From Patescibacteria group bacterium (GTDB taxonomy: Bacteria; Patescibacteriota; Gracilibacteria; JAHISY01): a DNA stretch of 46,432 bases. The DNA is taken from assembly GCA_043797545.1 (NCBI GenBank), contig JAZDPN010000051.1, forward strand, positions 1 through 46,432, in the 5' to 3' direction. A program made the translations under genes and the position numbers. Below are positions 28,262 to 38,345 of this stretch, piece after piece (the first letter of the stretch is position 1; each line of letters opens with the position of its first letter). The notes beneath the pieces were generated by a model that was not told the DNA's origin, ran no database searches, and saw only the letters and a list, made by a program, of their open reading frames with translations.

Positions 28262-28351
28262 ACATTAAACATGAAGCATGGAACGTGGAACATGCAGTAT
28301 GAAACAGTTTTTGTGCTATCTTGTTCCATGTTTTAAGTTTTAGGTTTCATG
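28260..28351. repeat. degenerate heptamer tandem repeats forming an inverted pair
   Basis: AAACATT AAACATG AAGCATG GAACGTG GAACATG ... CATGTTT TAAGTTT TAGGTTT. Confidence 0.7.
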
Positions 28352-28777
28352 AAGTTGAGTCTTTTTTGCGACGGCGGGGCGCGTGGCAATCCCGGACCAG
28401 CGGCGGCGGGCGCAGTTATTTTCGACGTCCAAAAAAATAAATTGGCCGCAGTCGCGAAATTTCTCGGTAACGCGACTAACAATCAGGCTGAATATGCCGC
28501 GGTTATTCTCGGTTTGCAAAAAGTGCTTGAATTTCAGCCGACCGAACTTGAGATCCTGCTTGATTCCAAATTACTAGTTGAGCAGATCGCGGGTCGTTGG
28601 AAAATCAAAGATTTGGAATTGAGAAAGCTAGCCGAAAAAGTCCACGTTGGCTTGGCTCAGATTTCCAAATGGCAGATTTCCCATATCCCGCGCGCCAAAA
28701 ACCACTTGGCAGACCAGCTAGTCAATCAAACCCTCGATCAGCGTGGTTTCCGCAAATCAACCTTTTTTCGTGATTGA
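28349..28777 (+). CDS. rnhA: ribonuclease HI family protein
   Basis: DGGARGNPG, TNNQAEY, DS.L, HIPR..N..AD. Confidence 0.92.
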   Translation: MKLSLFCDGGARGNPGPAAAGAVIFDVQKNKLAAVAKFLGNATNNQAEYAAVILGLQKVLEFQPTELEILLDSKLLVEQIAGRWKIKDLELRKLAEKVHVGLAQISKWQISHIPRAKNHLADQLVNQTLDQRGFRKSTFFRD

Positions 28778-29029
28778 TTTAGCCAGTTTCGCGACTTTGG
28801 ATTTGCGTCGCGCGGCTGTTTTTTTGTGTAGTAAATTGCGCTTGGCGGCTTTGTCAATCAATTGATAGGCCTTTTTGACAGCCTCGGAGATCTTTTCGCT
28901 AGCCTTGGATTTGGCCAATTTCTCGACCGACTTGATCGCAGAATGCATCTGTTCTTTCTGTAAACGGTTATGAGCCGTTTTTTTGCGGTCTTTCCGCATT
29001 TCCTTGATGGCTGATTTGAGAAGAGGCAT
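28757..29029 (-). CDS. rpsT: 30S ribosomal protein S20
   Basis: KSAIK.MR, IDKAAK...HK.TAARRKS. Confidence 0.95.
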   Translation of the reverse strand: MPLLKSAIKEMRKDRKKTAHNRLQKEQMHSAIKSVEKLAKSKASEKISEAVKKAYQLIDKAAKRNLLHKKTAARRKSKVAKLAKSITKKG

Positions 29030-29076
29030 TTTGAAATCTTAAAGTTGCGAGATTCTAATTCGAAAAAGCTGATTTT

Positions 29077-29964
29077 TCAAGCCCAAATGACCAGCTCGAT
29101 TTTTTCCTCAGCCAGTGCGCGCAGCATGCGCAAAGTATTGACTCGGCTCTCGTCTAGCCGGACAACCACGATTTTGGTTTCGTTGCGTCCGATTTTTTCG
29201 GCATCGCGCGGTAGTTCCAGAGTCTTGAGCTCGAGGTCGAGTTTGGCGCGCAACTTCGCGATATCGAAATCGATGCCGACGAGCTGGACGCCGCCGCCCT
29301 TTTTGGCTAGTTTTTTCAAAAAGTGCGCCTCATCCTTCTTCGGATTACGGAAGATCACGATGGCCTTGCTGCCCAAAATTTCTTCAGCTTCCCGCACCGA
29401 ATTGATCTGGCCGCCCAGTGCGGCAGCTAAAATCAACCAGGCGATCCCCAATAAAATTCCGCCGAAGGCCGCTGCCGAAAGCGTTTTTGCCAAGCTGCTG
29501 CGTGCGTCACTGACCGATTCGCCGTGCTGGCTCATGAAGAATTTGAATTTCGAGTCGGCGTCATACTTCTCGAGCTCTTCGGCCAAAATTTGTTTGACCG
29601 CAGCTGAGACCAGTTCGCCATTCGCTTGCAAAAAAGTCGCCTCGACCAAGAAATTTTGCTTGGCTTGGGTTTCGCCTCCCAGCGCGACCGGCGTGCCGGC
29701 CAGACCGCTGATGCGCTCTGCCAGAGTCGGGGAGCGCAGCCAGCCCGCGACTGAATTCGCAAAATCATCACTAGCCTTGGTGAAATCAAAACCTTGTTCG
29801 ACTGGGCTTTCGGCTTTGACTCCGACTGAAAAAAGCAGAGTCAGTTTATCGCGCGGCGGCTGTAAAAAGTAAACCGTCCCAGCCGCGATAGTCGCGGCGA
29901 GAGTGATTATCAGGATAACTAGCCAGCGCCGTCTCAGTAAATCGGCAAAATCATTGAAATCCAT
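29077..29964 (-). CDS. Wzz/polysaccharide co-polymerase-like membrane protein
   Basis: D...L.RRW..I first TM, second glycine-rich TM, I.S..EAE..LG. Confidence 0.65.
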   Translation of the reverse strand: MDFNDFADLLRRRWLVILIITLAATIAAGTVYFLQPPRDKLTLLFSVGVKAESPVEQGFDFTKASDDFANSVAGWLRSPTLAERISGLAGTPVALGGETQAKQNFLVEATFLQANGELVSAAVKQILAEELEKYDADSKFKFFMSQHGESVSDARSSLAKTLSAAAFGGILLGIAWLILAAALGGQINSVREAEEILGSKAIVIFRNPKKDEAHFLKKLAKKGGGVQLVGIDFDIAKLRAKLDLELKTLELPRDAEKIGRNETKIVVVRLDESRVNTLRMLRALAEEKIELVIWA

Positions 29965-30056
29965 GCAGAAAAATTAAAGCGGGGAAAGTCTATCGAAAAA
30001 GCTGCTAAATAAAAAGCGTCTTTCGTTCGGCTTTCCGAGGTGCTACAATCCCGGGC

Positions 30057-31022
30057 ATGCAGCTCCAAAAATTTTACGACCTTGCGGTCGAAAAGGGTCG
30101 CTCTGCCGACCCGCGCTCGAAGGCCGATATTGACCGATTTCTCGCGAATGAGAAAAAGGAGTTCGACAAGCTCGACAAAAAAGAGCGCGATTTCTTCGAT
30201 CCAGAGAGATTGAAAAATCCTTATGCGGATACGCGCATTCTTTTCGGCAGTCCTAAGACCGAGGTTAAGAAAATCGCAGTTGGCATCGATCTCGAAGCCG
30301 CCGAGCTTTTGCTGGTCCACGAATTAAATCGTGCCAAAGCCAAAATCGATCTCGCGCTTTCACATCATCCTGAGGGTAGTGCTTTGGCGCGGCTCGATGC
30401 AGTTATGAAAATTCAGGAGGAAATGTACGAGTCGGTCGGTGTGCCGATTAATGTGATTGAGAAATTGATGGACAAGGAAGTTGCACGAATTTTACGCGGC
30501 ATTCACCCGATCAATCACCAAAAAAATGTTGATGTTGCGCGTGCGCTTGGCATCCCATATGCCTGCACTCACACTGTGGCGGACAATCTCGCTTACCGTT
30601 TTGTCGAAAGATTAATGGCTAAAGAAAAGCCGCGCACGGTCGGCGACGTGATCGAAATTTTGCTGAGCCAACCGGAGTTCCGTGAATCGGCCAAACGAGC
30701 TGTGCCGCCGCTTGCTTTCGTCGGCAACAAAAATTCCAAGGCTGGCCGGGTCACTGTGACCGGGTTCACTGGCGGGACGAGCGGTTCGGCTGAGATTTAC
30801 GAATCGCTGAAGCACGCCGGTGTCGGGACGGAAATCGCGATGCACATGAAGCCGGAGGCCCAGAAAGAAGCTGAAAAACATCATATCAATGTCGTGATTG
30901 CGGGGCACATTGCTTCCGATTCGCTGGGTATGAATTTACTGCTTGATGAGGTTGAGAAGGCAGCCAAAGCAAAAATCGAGATTGTGCCGCTGGGCGGTTT
31001 CATGCGTTTCGCGCGTAAGTAG
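30057..31022 (+). CDS. NIF3/DUF34-like metal-binding protein
   Basis: NPYADTRI, GID, HHPEG, HT.ADN, GH.ASDSLG. Confidence 0.85.
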   Translation: MQLQKFYDLAVEKGRSADPRSKADIDRFLANEKKEFDKLDKKERDFFDPERLKNPYADTRILFGSPKTEVKKIAVGIDLEAAELLLVHELNRAKAKIDLALSHHPEGSALARLDAVMKIQEEMYESVGVPINVIEKLMDKEVARILRGIHPINHQKNVDVARALGIPYACTHTVADNLAYRFVERLMAKEKPRTVGDVIEILLSQPEFRESAKRAVPPLAFVGNKNSKAGRVTVTGFTGGTSGSAEIYESLKHAGVGTEIAMHMKPEAQKEAEKHHINVVIAGHIASDSLGMNLLLDEVEKAAKAKIEIVPLGGFMRFARK

Positions 31023-31045
31023 CTGCTTTGGTCTAGAATCAAGCT

Positions 31046-31432
31046 ATGATTTTCATCCAAATCCTGGCCGGTCTCGGTTTACTACTTTCGCTATACACTT
31101 TGTATCTGCACTGGCAATCGAAACGCGCGGAGAATTACAAAGCCGCTTGCGATTTGAGCGATCGGATGTCTTGTATGAAGAGCATTCGTAGCGCCGAGGG
31201 CAAGATGTTTGGGCTACCAAATGGAGTTTATGGAATTGGTTTTTACGCTGCGATTGGAGTCGCGACTTTGTCTGAGTTTCAAAATTACCTCTGGCCGCTG
31301 GCGATCATCGGAATGTTATTTTCGGTTTATTTCGGCTACCAGCTTTATTTCAAAGTTAAGACTTTTTGTGTGGTTTGCACTTCGATTTATTTAATCAATC
31401 TTTTGCTGTTGATTTTTGCCTGGAGGGCTTAA
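31046..31432 (+). CDS. vitamin K epoxide reductase family protein
   Basis: ACD....SC loop cysteines, CVVC motif, four TMs. Confidence 0.9.
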   Translation: MIFIQILAGLGLLLSLYTLYLHWQSKRAENYKAACDLSDRMSCMKSIRSAEGKMFGLPNGVYGIGFYAAIGVATLSEFQNYLWPLAIIGMLFSVYFGYQLYFKVKTFCVVCTSIYLINLLLLIFAWRA

Positions 31433-31590
31433 AGCACCAAATCTTGTTGTTGCGATTCGAGCGAGCTACCTTATCCTGAAAGGACTCTCTTTTTGCGCAA
31501 GTCGGAAAAATATTGCATTGTAAACGATGTTCATACTACAATTTCATCTAAATTTAATATTTGCAATTCAGTCTCTCTGAATCGCGAATC

Positions 31591-32610
31591 ATGCTCCACG
31601 ACCGTAGAGTCGGAAGGGAGGAATTTGTTTTCGGAGAAAGATTTTTGATTTTTGAGCAACAAAGTGAGCCCGCCGAGAAAGCTTGTTTGGAATGTCTTTC
31701 GCCGAAAGAATTAATTCAATTTGTTCGCACAGCGCTGATCGATTTGTTTAATTTTTTAAAAGAGCGACATGGAGAATCTTTAATGCAAAGAACGATCGGT
31801 GTTCCCGATGACCAAATTAAAATCCCACTTGCAAAGATTTTCGAACTGGACGCAAATGGTCAGAGAAGCGTTGGTATTTTTCAAGTGCTCAACAAGGCTT
31901 TGGAGGAAATTAATGACGAGAAAGAGCCTTCGTTGTCTTTTTGGCGTCAGCTGATCGAGCTCATGGCGCACACATACAGGAATCAAATTGGATTTGTTTT
32001 GCGCCAAAACGACAAAGCTGGACGGAAAGAAATTTGTCCCGAGTTGACTAAATTTCAAAAATGTTTCGATGAAGTGCTTGCTCAATTAATGCGAATTACT
32101 CCTCGCGAAGAAGAACAAAGCTGCACGATTTTGATTCCATTTTCCGTCCTCTCAGATTTGTGTGATGCAGCTGTCAAAAAATTAATCGCCGTGAGAGTTG
32201 CCGAGAAAAAAGAAGGTCAAAATTTAACAGCTGAAGAAATACAGAAAATCATCGGCGAAATAAAATTATCGCAGCAGCAAATTTTATTATTACAACGAGC
32301 TTTATTTTTTATCGCGGAAAGAAATAGGAGTATCCGAAAAGGAGCCGGCGAGCTCGCTGTTGACGACATTAGTTCCGTCGCAAGTCAAGATATTCAGTCC
32401 GATATCGATGCTGCCGCGAGATTACTTGCACTGAATATAGTTCAGCATTTAAAAATCGCTGGAGACAACGGTCATTGCGCGTTTGTTTTCCGGTCTGTGG
32501 GGGATCTTAAAATAATCGCTGAAGACGCTAAAACTGAAATTAATCCGCACGCGCGACCTCATCCGCAAACGCCGATTCATGTGCTTCGCGAATGTGGATT
32601 CGGGCAGTGA
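31591..32610 (+). CDS. hypothetical protein
   Basis: ~340-aa ORF with lower GC and no recognised motif; ATG 31591 or TTG 31561. Confidence 0.6.
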   Translation: MLHDRRVGREEFVFGERFLIFEQQSEPAEKACLECLSPKELIQFVRTALIDLFNFLKERHGESLMQRTIGVPDDQIKIPLAKIFELDANGQRSVGIFQVLNKALEEINDEKEPSLSFWRQLIELMAHTYRNQIGFVLRQNDKAGRKEICPELTKFQKCFDEVLAQLMRITPREEEQSCTILIPFSVLSDLCDAAVKKLIAVRVAEKKEGQNLTAEEIQKIIGEIKLSQQQILLLQRALFFIAERNRSIRKGAGELAVDDISSVASQDIQSDIDAAARLLALNIVQHLKIAGDNGHCAFVFRSVGDLKIIAEDAKTEINPHARPHPQTPIHVLRECGFGQ

Positions 32611-32611
32611 A

Positions 32612-33595
32612 TTACTTCTTCTCAAACATTTTGCGAATGCGAGCGCCGACGACCTCGATCGGATGTTTCGCTTCTGCTGCGCGCCACTTTTTCATTTTCT
32701 TCATTCCGCCGGCATACTCCGCCATCCAGACTTTCGCGAATTTTCCGCTCTCGACATCTTTCAGCGCAGCTTTCATCCGTTTCTTCGTCCCGGCGTCGAT
32801 GATTTTCGGACCGACGAGTCGACCGCCGAATTCCGCGGTATTCGACACGACGTCGTACATTCGCCCGATGCCGCCTTCGTAAATGAGGTCGACGATCAAT
32901 TTCAATTCGTGCAAACATTCGAAATACGCGAACTCGGGTGGGTAGCCCGCTTCGGTCAGAGTTTCGAATCCGGCTTTGATCAGTTCCGCTGTTCCGCCGC
33001 AAAGCACAGTTTGTTCGCCGAAAAGATCTTCATAAGTTTCCTCCGCGAAAGTCGCTTCGATCACGCCCGCTTTCGTGAAATACATCGCTTTCGCCATCGC
33101 GAGCGCAATTTTTTTAGCATCTTTCGTCGCATCTTGCTCGACCGAGATCAGCGCCGGCACGCCGAAGCCTTGCAAATAGCATTTGCGTTCTTCCGTGCCC
33201 GGACATTTCGGTGCGACCATGATCACGTTCACATTTTTCGGCGGGACGATTCGCTTGAAAACAATATTAAATCCGTGTGAAAAAGACAGCGTTTTCCCAG
33301 CCGTCACGAATTTCTCGATGTCTTTTTTGTAAACATCTTTTTGAATTTCGTCCGGAATCAAAATGTGAATAATGTCGGCTTTTTTCGCGGCGTCGGCGAT
33401 CGAAGCGACTTTCAAACCGTCTTGCTTCGCGAGCTTCGCGGACGGTCCGCCCGGGCGGACACCGACGATGACATTCACTTTCGAATCGTGGAGCATCCGA
33501 GCTTGCGCGCGACCCTGCGCGCCGTAGCCGATCACCGCGATTGTCTTATCTTTGAGGATACGCGTATCTGCGTCTTTTTCGTGGTAGATTTTCAT
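32612..33595 (-). CDS. ilvC: ketol-acid reductoisomerase
   Basis: GYGAQG, SHGFNI, DLFGEQ.VLCGG, AYFECLHE, SNTAE. Confidence 0.98.
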   Translation of the reverse strand: MKIYHEKDADTRILKDKTIAVIGYGAQGRAQARMLHDSKVNVIVGVRPGGPSAKLAKQDGLKVASIADAAKKADIIHILIPDEIQKDVYKKDIEKFVTAGKTLSFSHGFNIVFKRIVPPKNVNVIMVAPKCPGTEERKCYLQGFGVPALISVEQDATKDAKKIALAMAKAMYFTKAGVIEATFAEETYEDLFGEQTVLCGGTAELIKAGFETLTEAGYPPEFAYFECLHELKLIVDLIYEGGIGRMYDVVSNTAEFGGRLVGPKIIDAGTKKRMKAALKDVESGKFAKVWMAEYAGGMKKMKKWRAAEAKHPIEVVGARIRKMFEKK

Positions 33596-33618
33596 TGCAA
33601 AAAAATTAAAAATAAAAT

Positions 33619-34806
33619 TTATTGGGCAGGTGTAGTCGCTTCAGTTTTCGGCTCGGTTGCCGGATTTGCCGAGCTCTCAGCGGACTGGACCGGCTGCTCG
33701 GATCGTTCGATTTTGGTGGGAGTCGGAGTCACATTTGCATCAGTTTGAGCTTGGTCGCTTTCTGGGGTGGTAGTTTCTTTCGGACTGGTAGCCTCCTCGG
33801 ACGGGGCAGGCGTCAAGCTAGCCGGGTCAAATTCCTCGGCTGGCTCAGTCGGTGCTTCGACAGTCTGCGGCTGATTGATTTCTGAGAGCTGGGAATTAAT
33901 CATGATTTTCAGTTTGCCAGCTGGCAGGCTGGGCTGACCGAGATCAGCTAGATTCAAATCTAGACTAACTATTTCCCGATTCAGAAAACCATCAGACTTG
34001 CTGATCTCCAGCGTAATCTGGGGATTGAGTTTCGGTAAGATATTTTTCAAGATTTGCTGCAAGAGCTGGGTCTGAGCGGCCAGAGGGTTTTCCGCTCCTT
34101 CGGGTAATCCGGACGGAGTCAGGAATTTCGCCAATTCGGTCAAGAAAGCATCCGAACCGAGAAGCTCTTGGTTCAAACTAACCTCGACTGGCTGAACATC
34201 GCCGCCAAAAACCCAAGGCATTTTTTGGACGAGAAGGACATTATTGCCAGCCAAGAAATCTTTCAATTTTTCGCGCAAAGCAACCTGTTGTGTTTTTTGC
34301 TGTTCGAGCACTTCGGCAATCTTGGGATCGGAATCGGCTAATTTTTTGAAGGAAAGCGAAAACCATTTTTCTGCTGATCCATTGAGTTTATCGAATTGAG
34401 CTAGTGCTTCGGGGGAGAATCCAGTCAGAGTGATTTTATCGAGCCGACCGTAAAAAATTTCGTCCAAAATCTTCAACTCACCGCCTGCCGCGAGACTGGC
34501 CGGTTTACCTGCGAGTGTGCCTTGGCCCTGAATCTTGGCCAGATAATCCAGTGTCGGCAGATAGGCTGTCGCATTGGCGATCTGGCCAGAAAGGTCGAGC
34601 TGAAGTTGGCCATTGCCACTCTCGCCCAAATCAGCAATGACCTGGATCGTGCTGGCAAATTTAGCCGAATCAAGCGCAAGCGAATTGGCCAGAGCGGTAT
34701 TGACGAATTTTTGCGCGTCGCCCGGCCGATCGAACCAGACCTTGCCGAAAAAGGCTGCGCTGCCGAGGACAATTACCGCGATGAAGACGAGAAGGAACTT
34801 TTTCAT
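33619..34806 (-). CDS. membrane-anchored/secreted hypothetical protein
   Basis: N-terminal hydrophobic helix (MKKFLLVF), P/T/E-rich tail. Confidence 0.7.
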   Translation of the reverse strand: MKKFLLVFIAVIVLGSAAFFGKVWFDRPGDAQKFVNTALANSLALDSAKFASTIQVIADLGESGNGQLQLDLSGQIANATAYLPTLDYLAKIQGQGTLAGKPASLAAGGELKILDEIFYGRLDKITLTGFSPEALAQFDKLNGSAEKWFSLSFKKLADSDPKIAEVLEQQKTQQVALREKLKDFLAGNNVLLVQKMPWVFGGDVQPVEVSLNQELLGSDAFLTELAKFLTPSGLPEGAENPLAAQTQLLQQILKNILPKLNPQITLEISKSDGFLNREIVSLDLNLADLGQPSLPAGKLKIMINSQLSEINQPQTVEAPTEPAEEFDPASLTPAPSEEATSPKETTTPESDQAQTDANVTPTPTKIERSEQPVQSAESSANPATEPKTEATTPAQ

Positions 34807-34855
34807 CTCAAAAAGTATTAAAAACAAAAGCGGAGTGAGTTTAGCGCAATCCGGT

Positions 34856-35332
34856 TCAGCTCGAAAGCGCAGTCGCGCCAGCGCGTGAAATTTCCAGAAT
34901 CTTAAATTTACCGGCGGCCGTCAGGAACGCCTCGATTTTTTCAGGCGATTCGCAGATTTCTAAGACCCAAAAAGTTCCGTTTTTGCGGGGGACACGCGCC
35001 TTGAATTTTTTCACCAGAGCAGAGATTTGGGCTGAATTTTTCGCGCTAACCGCGATTTTGACCAAAGCGAGATCGCGGATCACGGCATCGATAGAGTCCA
35101 GTTTTTTGATCTGGATAACTTCGACGATCTTGTACATTTGGCGGACGACTTGGTCGATATCGGTGCCTTCCTCGACCACGATCGTCATGCGGCTCAGACC
35201 TTTCTTCTCAGAATGGCCGACCGTGAGACTCTCGATATTGAATCTTCTGCGGCGAAAAAGACTGGCGATGCGATTCAAAACACCCGTTTTGTTTTCGACG
35301 AGAGCGACGAGTGTGCGCGGTTTGGGAGACAT
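34856..35332 (-). CDS. ilvN: acetolactate synthase small (regulatory) subunit
   Basis: VENKTGVLNRI..LF.RR.FNIESLTVG, SRMTI, RDLALVK; ATG 35332 preferred. Confidence 0.93.
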   Translation of the reverse strand: MSPKPRTLVALVENKTGVLNRIASLFRRRRFNIESLTVGHSEKKGLSRMTIVVEEGTDIDQVVRQMYKIVEVIQIKKLDSIDAVIRDLALVKIAVSAKNSAQISALVKKFKARVPRKNGTFWVLEICESPEKIEAFLTAAGKFKILEISRAGATALSS

Positions 35333-35357
35333 GACAAAAAGCATTTTAACAAATAAT

Positions 35358-35544
35358 TTTTTCGCTGGCGCGCGCCGCTACTTTTTTGACAGCAAAAAAG
35401 TAGCACAAAAAACTGCCCGCCTACGCGAAAATTCCGCGAACTTGGTCGTTCGCGCGCGAAAAAATCCGATGTTCACTGCGTTCACCGGATTTTTTTTGAC
35501 GCGCGCTCACGAGTCGTCGCCCAAATTTTCGCTGATGGCGGGGA
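35358..35544. repeat. structured dispersed repeat, copy 2
   Basis: Homologous to 10492-10680, same orientation; identical block 35377-35421. Confidence 0.9.
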
Positions 35545-35688
35545 CTATTTTATAAAAAAATGGTATTCAATTATTAGTCCAGCAATAGTTATTATTATTC
35601 CGATGAAAATTGTTCGCACTGGATGGTCTTTGATTTTTTTTCCTACACTGATTAGTGATCTTGTGATCCTATTATTTTCACCGTCCAT
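35545..35688 (-). CDS. small AT-rich membrane peptide or gene remnant (47 aa)
   Basis: Hand translation MDGENNRITRSLISVGKKIKDHPVRTIFIGIIITIAGLIIEYHFFIK; GGAGG upstream; one TM. Confidence 0.4.
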   Translation of the reverse strand: MDGENNRITRSLISVGKKIKDHPVRTIFIGIIITIAGLIIEYHFFIK

Positions 35689-35804
35689 TTCAACTCCTCC
35701 GTATATTTTACTTTTATCTACAAGACAATTTTTTGCGGTGGGTAAATATTTAAGTGCGACATGGTTTTTGTCTTTTGATATAAATGTTTAATGCTGAATT
35801 TAAA

Positions 35805-37721
35805 TTATTCTTTTTTCTCCTCATCTACCACCTCGCCCTCGACCGTGTCATCGTCTTTTTTATTCTTGTCCTCGACTTTCACGTCGTCGGTCGATTGTGT
35901 GGCCTGCTGCTCGTAGAGCTTCGCAAAAGCGGATTGGCTGACTTTCGAGAGCTCTGCCTGCGCGTTTTTCACTTTTTCCAAATTCAACTCTTTCTCGCCT
36001 AGCTCGTTTTTGAGAGCTTCCAATTTTTCTTTGATCGACTTCGCATCAGCCTCGGCGATTTTCGACTCATGTTCTTTTAGCGTTTTCTCGGTCGAGTAAA
36101 CCAGCGCATCAGCTTCATTCACGACGTGCGCACGTTCTTTTTTTTGCTTGTCGGCCTCGGCATTCGCCTCAGCCTCTTTCCGCATCTTCTCGACCTCGTC
36201 GTCAGATAGTCCGCTCGAACCCTGGATTGTAATTTTCTGTTTCTTACCTGTGCCTTTGTCGTGCGCTGAAACATTCAAAATTCCATTTGCATCGATATCG
36301 AAAGTCACTTCGACTTGTGGGACACCGCGCGGTGCGGGCGGGATGCCGTCGAGGATGAATCTCCCCAAGCTCTTATTGTCTCCGGCCATCTCGCGTTCAC
36401 CCTGCAAAACATGGATTTCCACGCTGGGTTGATTGTCCGCTGCCGTCGAAAAGACCTGACTCTTCGAAGTCGGAATCGTCGTATTGCGTTCGATCAGCGG
36501 AGTTCTCACGCCGCCCAAAGTTTCGATTCCGAGTGTCAGCGGCGTGACATCAAGCAATAAAACATCCTTTACATCGCCACGGAGAATGCCGCCCTGGACG
36601 GCTGCGCCGATCGCGACGGCTTCGTCCGGATTGACATCCTTGCGCGGTTCTTTCCCGAAAAGCTCTTTCACTTTCGCGACGACGGCGGGCATACGTGTCA
36701 TGCCGCCGACGAGGATGATTTCGTCAATCGCGCTGGCTTCGATCTTGGCGTCCTTCAGGGCTTTCTTGCAAGGTTCGACGGTTCGCTCGACCAAATCGCT
36801 GACCAAAGCTTCCAACTTCGCCCGGGAAAGCTTCAAATTGAAATGTTTTGGTCCGCTCGCATCGGCGGTCAAAAACGGGAGATTGATTTCCGTTTCGTTC
36901 GCCGAGGAAAGCTCTTTCTTTGCCTTTTCCGCCGCCTCTTTCAATCTTTGCAGGGCGAGTTTGTCTTCTCTCAAATCAATGCCATCCGATTTCTTGAATT
37001 CACTGACCAGGAATTCAATAATTTTTTGGTCAAAATCATCGCCACCGAGGTGCGTATCACCATTCGTCGAGATGACTTCGAATTGCTTCTGGCCATCGAC
37101 GTCTGCGATTTCCAAAATCGAAATGTCAAAAGTACCACCGCCGAGATCATAGACAGCGACCTTTTGGTCTTTGGTTAATTTTTTGTCTAGGCCGTAGGCG
37201 AGGGCAGCGGCTGTCGGCTCATTGATGATGCGTTTCACATCGAGTCCAGCGATCCTTCCGGCGTCTTTGGTCGCATTGCGTTGCGAGTCGTTGAAATAAG
37301 CGGGGACAGTGATGACTGCCTCAGTGATTTTCACGCCGAGTTTCGCCTCCGCATCAGCCTTCATTTTTTGCAAAATCATGGCGGCGATTTCCGCAGGTCG
37401 GTAATTTTTGCCACCCATCATGATTTCACATTCGCCCTTCGCACCTTTGACGACTTTGAAAGGCATTTCGCTGATTTCTTTGGTGACTTCGTCGAATTGT
37501 CGTCCGACAAATCTTTTTGACGAAAAAATCGTGTTTTCCGGGTTAATGATCGCCTGATTTTTGGCTGGCGTGCCGACGAGCTGCGAGCCGTCTTTGATCG
37601 CGACTACCGAAGGCGTCGTACGATTGCCCTCGGCGTTTTCGAGGACTTCCGGCTTGCCGGCCTGCATCACAGCCAAGCAGGAATTCGTCGTGCCGAGATC
37701 AATACCAATAATGTAGGACAT
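35805..37721 (-). CDS. dnaK: molecular chaperone DnaK
   Basis: [32 protein letters not shown]. Confidence 0.99.
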   Translation of the reverse strand: MSYIIGIDLGTTNSCLAVMQAGKPEVLENAEGNRTTPSVVAIKDGSQLVGTPAKNQAIINPENTIFSSKRFVGRQFDEVTKEISEMPFKVVKGAKGECEIMMGGKNYRPAEIAAMILQKMKADAEAKLGVKITEAVITVPAYFNDSQRNATKDAGRIAGLDVKRIINEPTAAALAYGLDKKLTKDQKVAVYDLGGGTFDISILEIADVDGQKQFEVISTNGDTHLGGDDFDQKIIEFLVSEFKKSDGIDLREDKLALQRLKEAAEKAKKELSSANETEINLPFLTADASGPKHFNLKLSRAKLEALVSDLVERTVEPCKKALKDAKIEASAIDEIILVGGMTRMPAVVAKVKELFGKEPRKDVNPDEAVAIGAAVQGGILRGDVKDVLLLDVTPLTLGIETLGGVRTPLIERNTTIPTSKSQVFSTAADNQPSVEIHVLQGEREMAGDNKSLGRFILDGIPPAPRGVPQVEVTFDIDANGILNVSAHDKGTGKKQKITIQGSSGLSDDEVEKMRKEAEANAEADKQKKERAHVVNEADALVYSTEKTLKEHESKIAEADAKSIKEKLEALKNELGEKELNLEKVKNAQAELSKVSQSAFAKLYEQQATQSTDDVKVEDKNKKDDDTVEGEVVDEEKKE

Positions 37722-37785
37722 TTGAAAAAAGGTTAAAAATAGCTTTTTCGAAGCACCCGATATTTTATTCTTTTAGTTCAAAAAA

Positions 37786-38031
37786 TCAAGTCCGACCTCT
37801 TTTTTTTCGTGGTTTTCCCGCCAATGCTTTGTTGAACTTAACTCTTAGATGTCTACGATCTTCCGCAGCATATTCTCTAACGGCGGCAGTGAGAGCCTTC
37901 GACATTTCTTCCGCCGAGAATTGATCACCAAACTTTTGAACAATTTCTTTCGCGCTCGGCAAACTGCCATCCCAGTTTAAGAGCGCTCTCCCGAGCGTGT
38001 TCGGAGAATCAATTTCCTCAGCTGCTTCCAC
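37786..38031 (-). CDS. hypothetical protein or gene fragment
   Basis: 81-aa ORF, GTG start, atypical codons. Confidence 0.3.
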   Translation of the reverse strand: MEAAEEIDSPNTLGRALLNWDGSLPSAKEIVQKFGDQFSAEEMSKALTAAVREYAAEDRRHLRVKFNKALAGKPRKKRGRT

Positions 38032-38153
38032 GTAGTTCTTTTACGACACTTTTAACAACAAATCAAAATTCATCTAAAAATATTTGGTCAGCCGTTTGTT
38101 GCAAACACTGATTGCTTTAGCACGATTTATTGGGCTCTTACAGCGGTTACGTA

Positions 38154-38345
38154 TTATGCCTGCATGACTTTTCTCTCATGGGCATCTTTTTTTGCCCTGC
38201 TTATATCGATAAGCATACCCCCGACATGTTTTCTGACATCATTCCTGCTAGGGAGTCCCATCCAGAGTTCACTATCGCTCATTTCTAGTTGTGTTCCAGC
38301 TTCCCAAAGCCGTCTTAGAAATTTCCTTGTAGTTTGTGCGCTCAA
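38154..38345 (-). CDS. hypothetical protein or gene fragment
   Basis: 63-aa ORF, atypical codons. Confidence 0.25.
   Translation of the reverse strand: MSAQTTRKFLRRLWEAGTQLEMSDSELWMGLPSRNDVRKHVGGMLIDISRAKKDAHERKVMQA

Noticed and set aside
38116-38142. Possible CIRCE upstream of dnaK (TTAGCAC...)
   Set aside because: Only a partial left arm; no matching GAGTGCTAA right arm, and it is ~400 bp from the dnaK start
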